Origin: Candidatus Gottesmanbacteria bacterium
GTDB lineage: Bacteria > Patescibacteriota > Microgenomatia > UBA10105 > UBA927
Reading direction: 5' to 3'
DNA: 64,000 nucleotides
NCBI GenBank assembly: GCA_963714095.1
Contig: OY970230.1
Location: 895,907 to 959,906 of the forward strand
Position 1 is the stretch's first letter, and each line of letters starts with the position of its first letter. The notes beneath the pieces were generated by a model. The model was not told the DNA's origin, made no database searches, and worked only from the letters and a program-made list of their open reading frames with translations. Of the stretch, positions 30,692 through 42,274 are shown in pieces. The position numbers and the translations under genes are program-made.

Positions 30692-31345
30692 ATGGAAGAA
30701 AAAGTATCAGTCATTGGGATTAATAACCCCCGCTACCCGAGGCTTTTGAAAGAAATTCCCGATCCGCCTGCCGTATTGTACGTGCGCGGCACCGGCTCCA
30801 AAATAAATCTTGAAAAGACCATTGCGGTTGTCGGTACGAGACACGTGACCGACTACGGGCGCGACATAACAAAAAAGTTAGTGACGGATCTGGTCATCCG
30901 CGGATACACGATAGTTTCCGGGCTGGCATACGGGGTCGACGCAGTCGCCCATCAGGCCGCAATAGATGCCGGAGGGAAAACGATCGCAGTCCTCGGTTGC
31001 GGTATTGACATTATTGCTCCAGCCAGTAACACTGAATTATATTGGCGTATTGTCCGGGGGCATGGAGCAATCGTATCAGAGGTGCCACTGGGCGTGAGAA
31101 CGGATAAGAAAAGATTTGTTACGAGAAACAGAATTATCAGTGGTTTGTCGCTTGGCGTTTTGGTTACGGAAGGGGCAAGGCAAAGCGGGTCGCTCATCAC
31201 CGCCAGGTATGCGGGCGAGCAGGGACGCGAGGTGTTTGCCGTACCGGGTCCGGTAACCAGTAAATACAGCGGCGCCACATCCTTTCTTTTGAAAAACGGC
31301 GCGAAATTGGTAGAATCCGCGGATGATATTATTGAGGAACTATAA
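30692..31345 (+). CDS. dprA: DNA-protecting protein DprA (core domain only)
   Basis: IAVVGTR, VSGLAYGVD, RNRIISGLS, SGSLITA. Confidence 0.93.
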   Translation: MEEKVSVIGINNPRYPRLLKEIPDPPAVLYVRGTGSKINLEKTIAVVGTRHVTDYGRDITKKLVTDLVIRGYTIVSGLAYGVDAVAHQAAIDAGGKTIAVLGCGIDIIAPASNTELYWRIVRGHGAIVSEVPLGVRTDKKRFVTRNRIISGLSLGVLVTEGARQSGSLITARYAGEQGREVFAVPGPVTSKYSGATSFLLKNGAKLVESADDIIEEL

Positions 31346-31361
31346 AAAATAACATATTTTT

Positions 31362-33386
31362 ATGAAACTCATCATTGTTGAATCGCCGACAAAGGCACGC
31401 ACATTGACCCGGTATCTTAAAGGGAAATACGATGTCGTAGCAACTATGGGTCATATACGGGATTTGCCGAAATCGGATTTGGGTGTGGACGTGGATCATG
31501 ATTTTTTACCCCGGTACATTATTCCGAGGGATAAGGCAAAACGCGTGAAGGAGTTGAAGGCGATTGCCAAAAATGCTGAGACCATTATTCTTGCTACCGA
31601 TCCTGACCGGGAAGGGGAAGCGATTGCCTGGCATGTGGCATACCTCCTGAGCCAGCCGGAGAAGAAAACAAAAAAAATACCGAATCCGGATAAACCAAAA
31701 GATGCGTCTACTTTTGGCCGTATCGCGTTTCATGAAATTACCGAACACGCAATCAATGCAGCATTGGAAAACCCGCGTTCTATTGATCTCAAACTCGTGG
31801 ATGCCCAACAGGCCCGAAGGATTTTGGATAGGCTGGTGGGATATAAACTGTCACCGCTCCTTTGGCAAAAATTGTCCAAGCGCTGGCTTTCGGCCGGCCG
31901 CGTCCAATCTGTTGCGGTGCGTCTTATTGTCGAACGGGAACGCGAGATTGAGCGGTTTACCAAAAAAGAATTTTGGACGATTGACGGCGTATTTGATCCG
32001 AATATCACCGCACAACTTGTTTCGCGCGACGGAGTAAAGTACGAAGACGTTCTTTCGTTTGATTTATTCGACGGGAAATACACGACGAGTTCATCATCAA
32101 TTACTGATGAAGCGGCGGCTATGCGTATTGTTTCCGATTTGAAGGTCCCGTTTACCGTGAGTGCTGTCGATAAAAAAGAAATCAGACGGTCGCCGTCGGC
32201 GCCGTACACAACAAGTACTCTTCAGCAGGATGCCGGCAGAAAATTGTATTTTTCAGCCAAAAAAACCATGCAGCTTGCGCAAAAATTATATGAGGAAGGG
32301 TATATTACCTACCACCGCACGGATTCGTTGAACCTTTCCGATAAATTTTTAGACGAGTCGCGCGCGTATATAGCTGCAACGTACGGAAAAGATTTTGTAT
32401 CCGACGCGCCCCGCAAATATCACACAAAATCCAAAGTTGCCCAGGAAGCCCACGAGGCGATCAGACCGACAAATGTGACTACCCTTAGCAGTTCGCTTGA
32501 CGGCGACGGCGAACTGAACCGCGACCATCATAGGCTCTATGAACTCGTGTGGAAACGCGCAGTCGCGTCTCAGGCCAGTGAAGCGGTGTTTGATTCAACG
32601 ACCGTCGATATCACAAGCGGGAACGGGTACGTGTTTGAGACTCAGGGTTCTGTCATTAAATTTGAAGGATTTTTAAAAATCATGGGCCGCGATACGGATG
32701 AAGTGATTATTCCCGATGTAAAAGTGGGGCAAATTATTGGATTGAAAAGCGCGACTCCCAGTCAACATTTTACAAATCCGCCGCCTCGATATACGGAAGT
32801 ATCTCTTATCAAAACGCTTGAAGAAAAAGATATAGGACGGCCAAGTACCTACGCGCCGATTATTTCAACGATCCAGGACCGGCAATACGTTGCAAAAGAA
32901 GAAAAAAAATTAGTGCCTACGGAACTCGGCAATTCCGTAACGGATTTTCTGGTCCAGTATTTTCCGGATATTCTTGAGCTTCCGTTTACCGCTAAAATGG
33001 AGCAGGAACTTGACGCAATCGCAAATGGCGAGACTCAATGGGTGCCGGTGATACGGGAATTTTATACGCCGTTTGAAAAAGATTTGGATGCCGCATATGA
33101 GAAGGCCGAAAAAGTGAAAGTCGCCGAGGAAGTCATCGACGAGGCGTGCCCGGAGTGCGGAAATCCTCTGGTTATCCGCATGGGGAGGTTCGGCAAATTT
33201 ATTGCCTGCAGCACATTCCCGTCGTGTAAATACACGCGGCAATTTTCCGAAAAAATTGATATGAAATGTCCGCGGTGTGGCGGTGATATCGTTATCAAAA
33301 AAACAAGACGGGGCAAAACATTCTACGGATGCAGCAATTATCCGACCTGCACCTTCGCCGCGTGGAAAAAGGAAGATATAAAGTGA
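31362..33386 (+). CDS. topA: DNA topoisomerase I
   Basis: IVESPTKA, ATDPDREGE, SAGRVQS, ITYHRTDS, C-terminal zinc ribbons. Confidence 0.97.
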   Translation: MKLIIVESPTKARTLTRYLKGKYDVVATMGHIRDLPKSDLGVDVDHDFLPRYIIPRDKAKRVKELKAIAKNAETIILATDPDREGEAIAWHVAYLLSQPEKKTKKIPNPDKPKDASTFGRIAFHEITEHAINAALENPRSIDLKLVDAQQARRILDRLVGYKLSPLLWQKLSKRWLSAGRVQSVAVRLIVEREREIERFTKKEFWTIDGVFDPNITAQLVSRDGVKYEDVLSFDLFDGKYTTSSSSITDEAAAMRIVSDLKVPFTVSAVDKKEIRRSPSAPYTTSTLQQDAGRKLYFSAKKTMQLAQKLYEEGYITYHRTDSLNLSDKFLDESRAYIAATYGKDFVSDAPRKYHTKSKVAQEAHEAIRPTNVTTLSSSLDGDGELNRDHHRLYELVWKRAVASQASEAVFDSTTVDITSGNGYVFETQGSVIKFEGFLKIMGRDTDEVIIPDVKVGQIIGLKSATPSQHFTNPPPRYTEVSLIKTLEEKDIGRPSTYAPIISTIQDRQYVAKEEKKLVPTELGNSVTDFLVQYFPDILELPFTAKMEQELDAIANGETQWVPVIREFYTPFEKDLDAAYEKAEKVKVAEEVIDEACPECGNPLVIRMGRFGKFIACSTFPSCKYTRQFSEKIDMKCPRCGGDIVIKKTRRGKTFYGCSNYPTCTFAAWKKEDIK

Positions 33387-33400
33387 TATACTGAGGGCGT

Positions 33401-33598
33401 ATGGATGATAGACGCCGTACGCTTGCTGCAATTACCCTCATCGTTGGATTTTTAGTTCTTGTCGCGGTTGTCGTCGGAATACTCGTTTCGGCGAAAAAAA
33501 TAGTCTCTCCAGTGCCGGAGGATGACAGTGCCATTAAAATTATTTTTATTACGCCGACGCCGACACAAGTACCGATATCCGTAACGCCCACGCCATAA
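33401..33598 (+). CDS. Small membrane protein
   Basis: TM helix and PT tail; TATACT 8 nt before ATG. Confidence 0.65.
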   Translation: MDDRRRTLAAITLIVGFLVLVAVVVGILVSAKKIVSPVPEDDSAIKIIFITPTPTQVPISVTPTP

Positions 33599-33601
33599 CG
33601 T

Positions 33602-34186
33602 ATGTATTCACTGCTCATTTCACTCGATCACGGGATTTTTCTTTTTATCAACCATTGGCCGCACACGCCGGTATTCGACGCCGTCGCACTTACGCTGTCG
33701 GGCGTATTAGCATCAACCATTGTTGTCTGGTTACTTTTAAGCGTTTGGATATTTGTCCGTGAGGAAAAACGCGATCGTTGGTTTTTCCTGCCCGTTCTGC
33801 TGGCCTCATTCCTGAGTGTTCTGGTTACGGATATTCTTCTCAAAAATTATTTTGCACGGGCCCGCCCGCCCCTTTCACTGGGCACGATTAATGTCGGTTC
33901 TATGCTGACGGATTATTCGTTTCCGTCCGGTCACGCCACAGTAGCCGCGGCACTAGCCGTTGTACTTGCCGCCAAAGAGCCGCGGGCGAAATGGCTGTTT
34001 TATGGCTTAGCATTTTGTATTTCTCTTTCCCGTATATATCTGGGTGCGCATTACCCGTCGGATGTCGTTGCCGGAACACTGGTTGGTTCGGGAATCGGAT
34101 ACATTTCTCTTTGGGTGGAGCGAAACGTGATAAAATACCCTCATGCTCAAGTTAAACGCCAAAGAACTCAGAACGACCGACGTTGA
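33602..34186 (+). CDS. PAP2 phosphatase (undecaprenyl-diphosphatase-like)
   Basis: KNYFARARP, SFPSGH, SRIYLGAHYPSDV. Confidence 0.9.
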   Translation: MYSLLISLDHGIFLFINHWPHTPVFDAVALTLSGVLASTIVVWLLLSVWIFVREEKRDRWFFLPVLLASFLSVLVTDILLKNYFARARPPLSLGTINVGSMLTDYSFPSGHATVAAALAVVLAAKEPRAKWLFYGLAFCISLSRIYLGAHYPSDVVAGTLVGSGIGYISLWVERNVIKYPHAQVKRQRTQNDRR

Positions 34187-34670
34187 TCCGGAAGTGGCGC
34201 GTTCCATAAAGAAAAATCCCATCACTATAATTCTGGATAATGTGCTGGATACGTATAATGTGGGATCCATTTTCCGTCTTGCGGATGCCGTGGTGGCCCA
34301 AAAAGTCATTTTATGTGGCCAAACTCTCACGCCCCCGAATTCTCGGATTAAAAAAGCATCCATCAATACCACGGGTTGGGTCACGTGGGAATATGAAAAA
34401 AATACTTTTGACGTGGTGAAAAAATTAAAAGAGCAGGGGATTACAATCGTTGCTGTTGAACAGGATCCGCGAAGTACGTTGTTTTATAAAGCATCCTATC
34501 AGTTCCCGCTTGCTATCATTGTCGGCAATGAAACGACGGGCGTTGCAAAAGACGTATTAGATATGGCGGATATGATTGTTGAGATGCCGATGTGGGGAGT
34601 GAATAAAAGTTTAAACGTGATGGTCTCGGCGGGGATTATTTTGTATGAGATTTTAAAACAGCATGAATAA
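34143..34670 (+). CDS. SpoU/TrmH family RNA methyltransferase
   Basis: NVGSIFR, VGNETTG, MPMWGVNKSLNV. Confidence 0.9.
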   Translation: MLKLNAKELRTTDVDPEVARSIKKNPITIILDNVLDTYNVGSIFRLADAVVAQKVILCGQTLTPPNSRIKKASINTTGWVTWEYEKNTFDVVKKLKEQGITIVAVEQDPRSTLFYKASYQFPLAIIVGNETTGVAKDVLDMADMIVEMPMWGVNKSLNVMVSAGIILYEILKQHE

Positions 34671-35337
34671 AACACGGCTTCGTTTTTTAGGGCTGGCAAT
34701 TTTTTTTCTCTTGTCTTTTTATCTTTTTAGCAGAGAAGTAAAACGGGGATTTCTCAAACAAGCCGATTTTAATTTTACCGTTGTACTCCAAAATCATGTT
34801 CCTGCACGTTTTGATTCTATGTGGGACATGATTGCATTACCGGTAACCCCCACGCCGTCCGTGTTTGTGGTAGGGCTATTAACAATCGCCGCATTGGTGG
34901 ACTGGAAGAAAAAGAAAATCCGGTTGCGCGCACTTATCATTCCGCTACTTTTCGGCGCTTTAATTGCGGGGGAGCTGTACGGGAAATCCGTTGTTCACCA
35001 TCCGGCCCCGCCGTTTTTTATGATTAAAAACCCGACGACGATTTTTCCGCAGTTTTATATTAACGAACAATACTCGTATCCGTCGGGTCATACCTCGCGG
35101 GCGGTATTTTTGGGGATTACCTTATTTTCTATTATTGCGGGTCCGGTAGTCAGCTGGATGAAACAACGAAAGAGGCTTGTTATAGCAGGCGGACTGATTG
35201 TTGGCTACGTTGCCGCGGTTGCCGTCGGCCGCATATATCTGGGCAGCCACTGGCTTTCGGATGTCGTCGGGGGAGGATTACTTGGGGTTGGATTAGGAAG
35301 TTTTATTTTTTTCGGCTTCCATTCTCCTGACGGTTAA
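34663..35337 (+). CDS. PAP2 family phosphatase
   Basis: SYPSGH, GRIYLGSHWLSDV. Confidence 0.88.
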   Translation: MNKTRLRFLGLAIFFLLSFYLFSREVKRGFLKQADFNFTVVLQNHVPARFDSMWDMIALPVTPTPSVFVVGLLTIAALVDWKKKKIRLRALIIPLLFGALIAGELYGKSVVHHPAPPFFMIKNPTTIFPQFYINEQYSYPSGHTSRAVFLGITLFSIIAGPVVSWMKQRKRLVIAGGLIVGYVAAVAVGRIYLGSHWLSDVVGGGLLGVGLGSFIFFGFHSPDG

Positions 35338-36631
35338 ATCTGCCGTCATATCAATATCTGCTTTTGGCGTAATATGATTGCCGCCGATATTGATCGCAAC
35401 GTGGGTTTTGTCACCGTTATTTGGGAATAACTCTTTCACTCTTTGAATAATCCGGTCAAGCAATAGTTCTTGTTTCTTGTTTTCAAGCATCCACGCCTCG
35501 GAATATGGTTTGAATTTTGACCCTAGTATTTCAGCGCGTTTCGTGTTTATTTGTGCAAGTTTTTCCCAATCTGCATCTCTTAAAGTAATTTTGTTGATTT
35601 CCTTTTTATCTTCAGGTGTTAGAAACCCGTCCGGCGGAACCCCTTTATCATTTTCATACAGTTCTATTCGAATATCTGTATTATGAATTGCTTCGCGGGC
35701 ACCTTGTGTGACGTTTTTATAGACAAGCTCCTGGTCTCTTTTTATAGATGGTGTTGTTGGGAGGAAATGTGGATCCTGGTTTGGCCAAACGCGGTGGAAA
35801 AACGCCATAAATTCATCAACGGGTAGTCGTTGGGCCGCATATTCAAATACCTCAAACCCTATATGCATGCCTCGGATATCTTTCCATTCCGGTTTATTCC
35901 ACGCAGTCTTAATTCGATGACAGAGGTCCTTAAAACTCGTTTGTGTTTTAGTCTCGATAGTTTCATCTGTTCCATTATGTAATTTACCGAATACTCTGAA
36001 ATAAAGATCCCGCAAATAATTTTCTTTCAAATACGGACCCATTGCACTTCCGGCTCCTGCCGCAATTTCAGCGAAACTTTTTCTGTCCATAAGACCGGCC
36101 GGTGCAGTTAGCAGAAGAGACATTATATATCTCGCTCGTCCGGTTGCTTCTGATTCTTTTATATCTTGTGCCACTGCCTCCAATAAGACCGGTGCGCCGG
36201 TAGATAAACCGACAGCAGTAACTCCTTCTTTTAACGTGCCGTCTTTAATTTTTGCCTCAATAGCACGAAGTATTACGAATCCGGAATTATGAAACGTTTC
36301 TGTATTTAACGCACGTTCGGGGGGGGGTAATACTAGATGTCGGAGCATCCGGGTGATCTAAGCCAACAACGGTTTCATAAAAATTTCCCAATCCCTGGAA
36401 CGCCACCGGCCAGTCTTGGCTACGGCTGCCAAAACCGGATACAAAAACGGCCTGGTTGTCTTGCTGATACGGAAATGAAGCTGATTCCTGCCGTTTCCAT
36501 ACTGCTGTTTTTAACTGAACGTGTTGACCTTCAGGTGCTGTAATATTTACCATTTGTTCGGTAAGGGGTACGGGATTTACGCCGAAGTCTTGTCGTTTGA
36601 GAATCGTCGTATTCGGCGGTATTTCAATCAT
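35293..36631 (-). pseudogene. Alpha/beta hydrolase split by a frameshift in a C9 tract (possibly phase variable)
   Basis: ORF 36287-36631 (VFVSGFGS, VVGLDHP) and ORF 35293-36348 (GLSTG) join in frame if C9 (G9 at 36319-36327) becomes C8. Confidence 0.75.
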
Positions 36632-36667
36632 TGGATGTATTTTACCATGCTCAAATTATACAGTCTA

Positions 36668-36696
36668 TTGACTCACATTTACGTACAGCATATAAT
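36668..36696 (+). promoter_or_regulatory. 16S rRNA promoter
   Basis: TTGACT-17-TATAAT. Confidence 0.8.
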
Positions 36697-36791
36697 GCAT
36701 ACAGCATGAGTGCCTAAGCCGTAAGACCATTGGTAATAGGGAACAACCATCCCGACCACTTGGCCGGGTTTTTTGGCCTCATTTTGGTTCG

Positions 36792-36819
36792 TTCTTTGAC
36801 ACTCAAATGGTGGTAGGAA
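36792..36819 (+). promoter_or_regulatory. BoxA-like element and 5' strand of the 16S processing stem
   Basis: TTCTTTGACACTCAAATGGTGGTAGGAA pairs with 38607-38634 (28 bp, one mismatch, three GU). Confidence 0.8.
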
Positions 36820-36857
36820 TTTAAATTAATGTAAGCAGTAATGTCTTACGTTAATTC

Positions 36858-38443
<1,586 letters not shown>

Positions 38444-38644
38444 TATTTTAAAATCAATGTCGCCAAAAAAGTAAATTCGCAAGAAGACTGCTTTTGATGC
38501 GCTGTTGATATAGCGTCGCTGAGAGCGACGCAAAATTAAAATCGCTTTTACAGATCCCCGCGATGTAGTGTATACATCAACATGGGTAGCGATGCTCTCA
38601 ACATCTTTCTTACCACCATTTGATTGTCAAGGAGTAATAGCCGA

Positions 38645-38666
38645 AGTCCCCGCAAGGGGATTTTTT
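38645..38666 (+). terminator. Intrinsic terminator closing the 16S transcript
   Basis: TCCCC-GCAA-GGGGA hairpin followed by T6. Confidence 0.8.
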
Positions 38667-38717
38667 GCGGACGTTTGACTGTCTTCATTCCAGAGATGAT
38701 AATCAATATTTGAAGTT

Positions 38718-40190
38718 ATGAATATTTCAAAAATTGCTTCTTTTCTTGCAACCCTCTCAAAAATATAAGCTGCTTCTTTTAGGCATTGTGCTGTTTCTGT
38801 TTATTGTTCACGTTCCGGAGCTTGCGGCCCCAATGAGAAGCGAATCAGATGCATATGATCGGTCACTGACTGCCCAGTGGATGAGAGATAGTCATGTTAT
38901 ATTCGATTTGCATCCCTTTTCCTGGCTGCCTTTACATTCTACTATTTTGACTACCTCTTTATATTTATATAACAACATTTACTTTACTCCTCGATTCATA
39001 ACCGTCATTTTTAGTCTGTTAACAGTAGTTCTAATGATTCCGTATAGTCAGCTTTTTTTAAAAACAAAAAGGAGGGGATTTATTTTTTTATATGTATGAT
39101 TTTTGCATTACTTCCTATAAATTTTTATTTAGCCACCGTAACGTTAAGTGAGCCGATTTTTTGCTTTTTTCTGATAAGCTCATTGGTTCTTTTGAGTCCG
39201 GAGAGAACTTTTAGATACTACCTTCTGGGTATATTCATGTTTACCATAGCAACAGGTATTCGTTATGAGTCCTGGTTTCTATTACCTTTTATTTGGTGTC
39301 TCATTTTGATAAAAGATTTGCCGGTTTTTAAAAAAATTGTGCTTATTTTGGGGAGTGGTTTATTTATAAATTTTTGGATCTTTTTAAATTCGTTTTACCT
39401 TCATGACCCCTTTTTCTTTTTTTAAAATGTATATAATTCGGGGATAGCCGGTGCAAACCCCGCGTATTTTCGTCTACTGCCATCTTTACAGGGCTGGTAT
39501 GTCAGATTGACAGATATATTTCCAAGTTTGTTACTCTGTTTAGTCGTTATAGGTTTATTCGCGGCATTATATAGGAATCAAAAAAAATATCTCCTCATTC
39601 TTGTTCTCCTTCCTTTTTACCTTTTTTTGATATTAGTATTGCAGGTTTATTTTGGCACATTGCCGTCTGATCTATGCCGGTATCTTGTGACGCCTATTAC
39701 ACTAGTCTTTCCTCTGGTCGGAGTTGGTATATACACGCTTTTTCTATTTTTAAGGCGATTGGATGTGCCTGCCCTGCTTATTAAAATCGGTTTTGCCGTA
39801 TTTTTTTGTTTTCTCTATATTCCGCTTTTTCCGCATACTCAAAAAGTTCTCCAACTGGTTGAAAATTATACCAAATCAACAAATGGAGGATTTATTATCA
39901 GTAAGTGCATTCCTCTCGAAATTTCCCATTTCCGCTTCGGATTCAAAGGAATTTTATATTTTTATCCTTCAGAAAAATCACGTCAATATTTGGATTCCGG
40001 ATTACGGTATTTTTTTCATCCGTCTGACAAAAAATTGTATTCTCAGCCTATTTCACAACTTCGAAGACCGCCTAAATTAAACCCAATTATTGTTTATGAA
40101 AGACCATATAGTTCGAGGGGTGTTCCTTCAGAAACCCGATATTCTCATTATGGAATTCTCTATGAGAATAGCTCCTTTATTGTTTTTTGA
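38718..40190 (+). pseudogene. Degraded GT-C (PMT/ArnT-like) membrane glycosyltransferase
   Basis: Fragments 38734-39099, 39096-39425 and 39507-40190; frameshifts near 38730 and 39065-39090, in-frame TAA at 39423; WLPLH, LSEP and RYE motifs. Confidence 0.7.
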
Positions 40191-40215
40191 CGTGAAGCTA
40201 GGAATGAGGCTTGTT

Positions 40216-41682
40216 TCATGGAACAGGTAGCGAGTATAGTTTTATACATTCGTGCGGATTCGCTGACTTATCAGCACAGAGAGTTTCAAGGAGTTCTGGT
40301 CGTTGAGCACTTATACATGGGTACTGATCCGGAGTTGTAATATACAGGATAGATTTTGGAATAGTAGATATCGGAATAGCAGATTGTTGGTCTTCGAGTA
40401 CGAATCTCAATTTTGTTGCTTTCAGGCAATCGCAGTCGGACCAAAAAATTTTTGATTTTATTGTAGTATAACCATAAAAAGGGTTTTCAATTTGATCCTG
40501 TACAAACGATTGTGATGTCAAAACTGCATCAGGATATTCATGTTGAATATGGGCAATGACTTGTTGAGTAAAATATATTGAGCGGAAAAACCCGAAAGAT
40601 ATTTCGTTATCATATACGAACGGCGTATAAAAAGTGTTTACTATATTCGAAAAGATAAATCCTACGCAAATTATTGTCACAGCGCATAAGAGAATAGTCC
40701 GATTGGTTATAAAACAAGTAAAGATAGCAGAGAAGAGAATGAAAACGACAGGATAAACTTCCAAGAAATATCGCGGTTGTACAGGGCCAGTCAGCGGAAA
40801 GACGTAGTATCCGATACTTACGAGGACAAGGAAGAACATCACCGGTAATTTTGAACGATAAATAGTACGTTTTGATACGGAAAGAATAACCAGTCCGATG
40901 ACAACGATTCCGATGATAAACCATTCCTGATTTTTGAAGAGACTTTGTTCAAAGTCCCAATGTAAATCTCTTGGATTCAGGCCGGATAGTATATGGTTTA
41001 TATTGAATAACGAAACGTTGTATGGCCAAAGGAACCACCCAAATAGCACCTTGTTGACGCACATCCATGCAAAAAATATACAAATCGGAAACAACAGGAA
41101 AAGGCGCGGTTTCCGTTTAGTGGTACAGAGGTCAAATAATAAAATTGCGACCAGCAGAATAATTCCCGGTTCCTGGGTTAAAACGAGTAGTGATGCGGAT
41201 AGTGTATATGCCCATGGTTTCTTTGCGAAGTAATAATAGAGAGTCATAAGAAACACTGCGGTAAATGGTACAGCGTCGACGAAGAGGAAACTTTGTGTTG
41301 CAAAAAGAGGATACGTAAGAAGCAGCAGGAGCGCGGCAATACCAACTTTTGTTGAAAAAAGCTGTTTTCCGAGAAGATATACATAGAACAGTGCAATTGA
41401 AGAAAATATATATATCTCTATCCGTCCCCAGGCAAGGGATGGACCTATCAGTTTGAATAATAGCGCGGGCAATATATACATTAATTGCGGCTTGTATCCG
41501 TAAAAATAGACAAACGGATTTACATTATTGTGAGATATGATATCGACGCCGGTAAAGTACAGGATTTCATCTTCAAAGGCGGGTATTTTCGCAAACGGAA
41601 TGCGGACAATTATGTTTGTGATACAAAGCAATAAAACAATTATTGTAAATTTATCGTGAGATATTTTTTTCCAAAGATTCAT
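40216..41682 (-). CDS. GT-C (PMT/ArnT-like) membrane glycosyltransferase
   Basis: EDE..Y first-loop motif, YLLGKQLFS, many TM helices, PRYF. Confidence 0.8.
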   Translation of the reverse strand: MNLWKKISHDKFTIIVLLLCITNIIVRIPFAKIPAFEDEILYFTGVDIISHNNVNPFVYFYGYKPQLMYILPALLFKLIGPSLAWGRIEIYIFSSIALFYVYLLGKQLFSTKVGIAALLLLLTYPLFATQSFLFVDAVPFTAVFLMTLYYYFAKKPWAYTLSASLLVLTQEPGIILLVAILLFDLCTTKRKPRLFLLFPICIFFAWMCVNKVLFGWFLWPYNVSLFNINHILSGLNPRDLHWDFEQSLFKNQEWFIIGIVVIGLVILSVSKRTIYRSKLPVMFFLVLVSIGYYVFPLTGPVQPRYFLEVYPVVFILFSAIFTCFITNRTILLCAVTIICVGFIFSNIVNTFYTPFVYDNEISFGFFRSIYFTQQVIAHIQHEYPDAVLTSQSFVQDQIENPFYGYTTIKSKIFWSDCDCLKATKLRFVLEDQQSAIPISTIPKSILYITTPDQYPCISAQRPELLETLCADKSANPHECIKLYSLPVP

Positions 41683-41800
41683 ATAGTGTTTTCACTACGC
41701 ATTTTTATCCTCATAACAAAATTATCATACACTAAGTGAATATGATAAAATAGCATCGTAGAGAATGTTGTTTCGGGTTCATTGAATAAGTAAATAGTCC

Positions 41801-41873
41801 GGCGCGGTGGCGAAGTGGTAACGCGGGAGTCTGCAAAACTTCTATTGCAAGGGTTCGATTCCCTTCCGCGCCT
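41801..41873 (+). tRNA. tRNA-Cys(GCA)
   Basis: GGCGCGG...CCGCGCC acceptor stem, CT-GCA-AA loop. Confidence 0.95.
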
Positions 41874-41888
41874 CAGAGGAAAGAATAT

Positions 41889-42086
41889 ATGGCAGTAAAA
41901 ATTGAAACCGATAAGAGTAATTCTAGAAGAGTAGGGAACATGGTTTTACGTGATGCATGGTTAGCGCTTGTCAAGAATGCGCTTTATAATGGTGGCGTTT
42001 CTTCTGGTGAACGGTCGAAGCTGGACCCTCACATGTTAAAGTCAGTAATAAGTAAAATTATAACGAATACTGATGGTGATCATTAA
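41889..42086 (+). CDS. Small hypothetical protein between two tRNAs
   Basis: 65-aa ORF with GAGGA SD filling the gap. Confidence 0.45.
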   Translation: MAVKIETDKSNSRRVGNMVLRDAWLALVKNALYNGGVSSGERSKLDPHMLKSVISKIITNTDGDH

Positions 42087-42096
42087 GAATAAAATA

Positions 42097-42168
42097 GGGC
42101 GGCTAGTTCATCGGTAGAACGCTTTCCTGATAAGAAAGAGGTGCATGGTCCGACTCCATGGCCGCCCA
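42097..42168 (+). tRNA. tRNA-Ile(GAT), integration site (attL)
   Basis: GGGCGGC...GCCGCCC acceptor stem, CT-GAT-AA loop. Confidence 0.95.
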
Positions 42169-42274
42169 CAAAAAAGACTGTTAGAACGCTTCAAACCTTC
42201 TTCTTTGGGTACTATATTTAATAGCACTACAACGACGAAAAAACTCCATTTTTGACAGATAGAGGGGTTTCGTC

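Noticed and set aside
39423-39425. Stop-codon recoding or readthrough
   Set aside because: The same gene has frameshifts, and TAA, TAG and TGA all act as normal stops elsewhere
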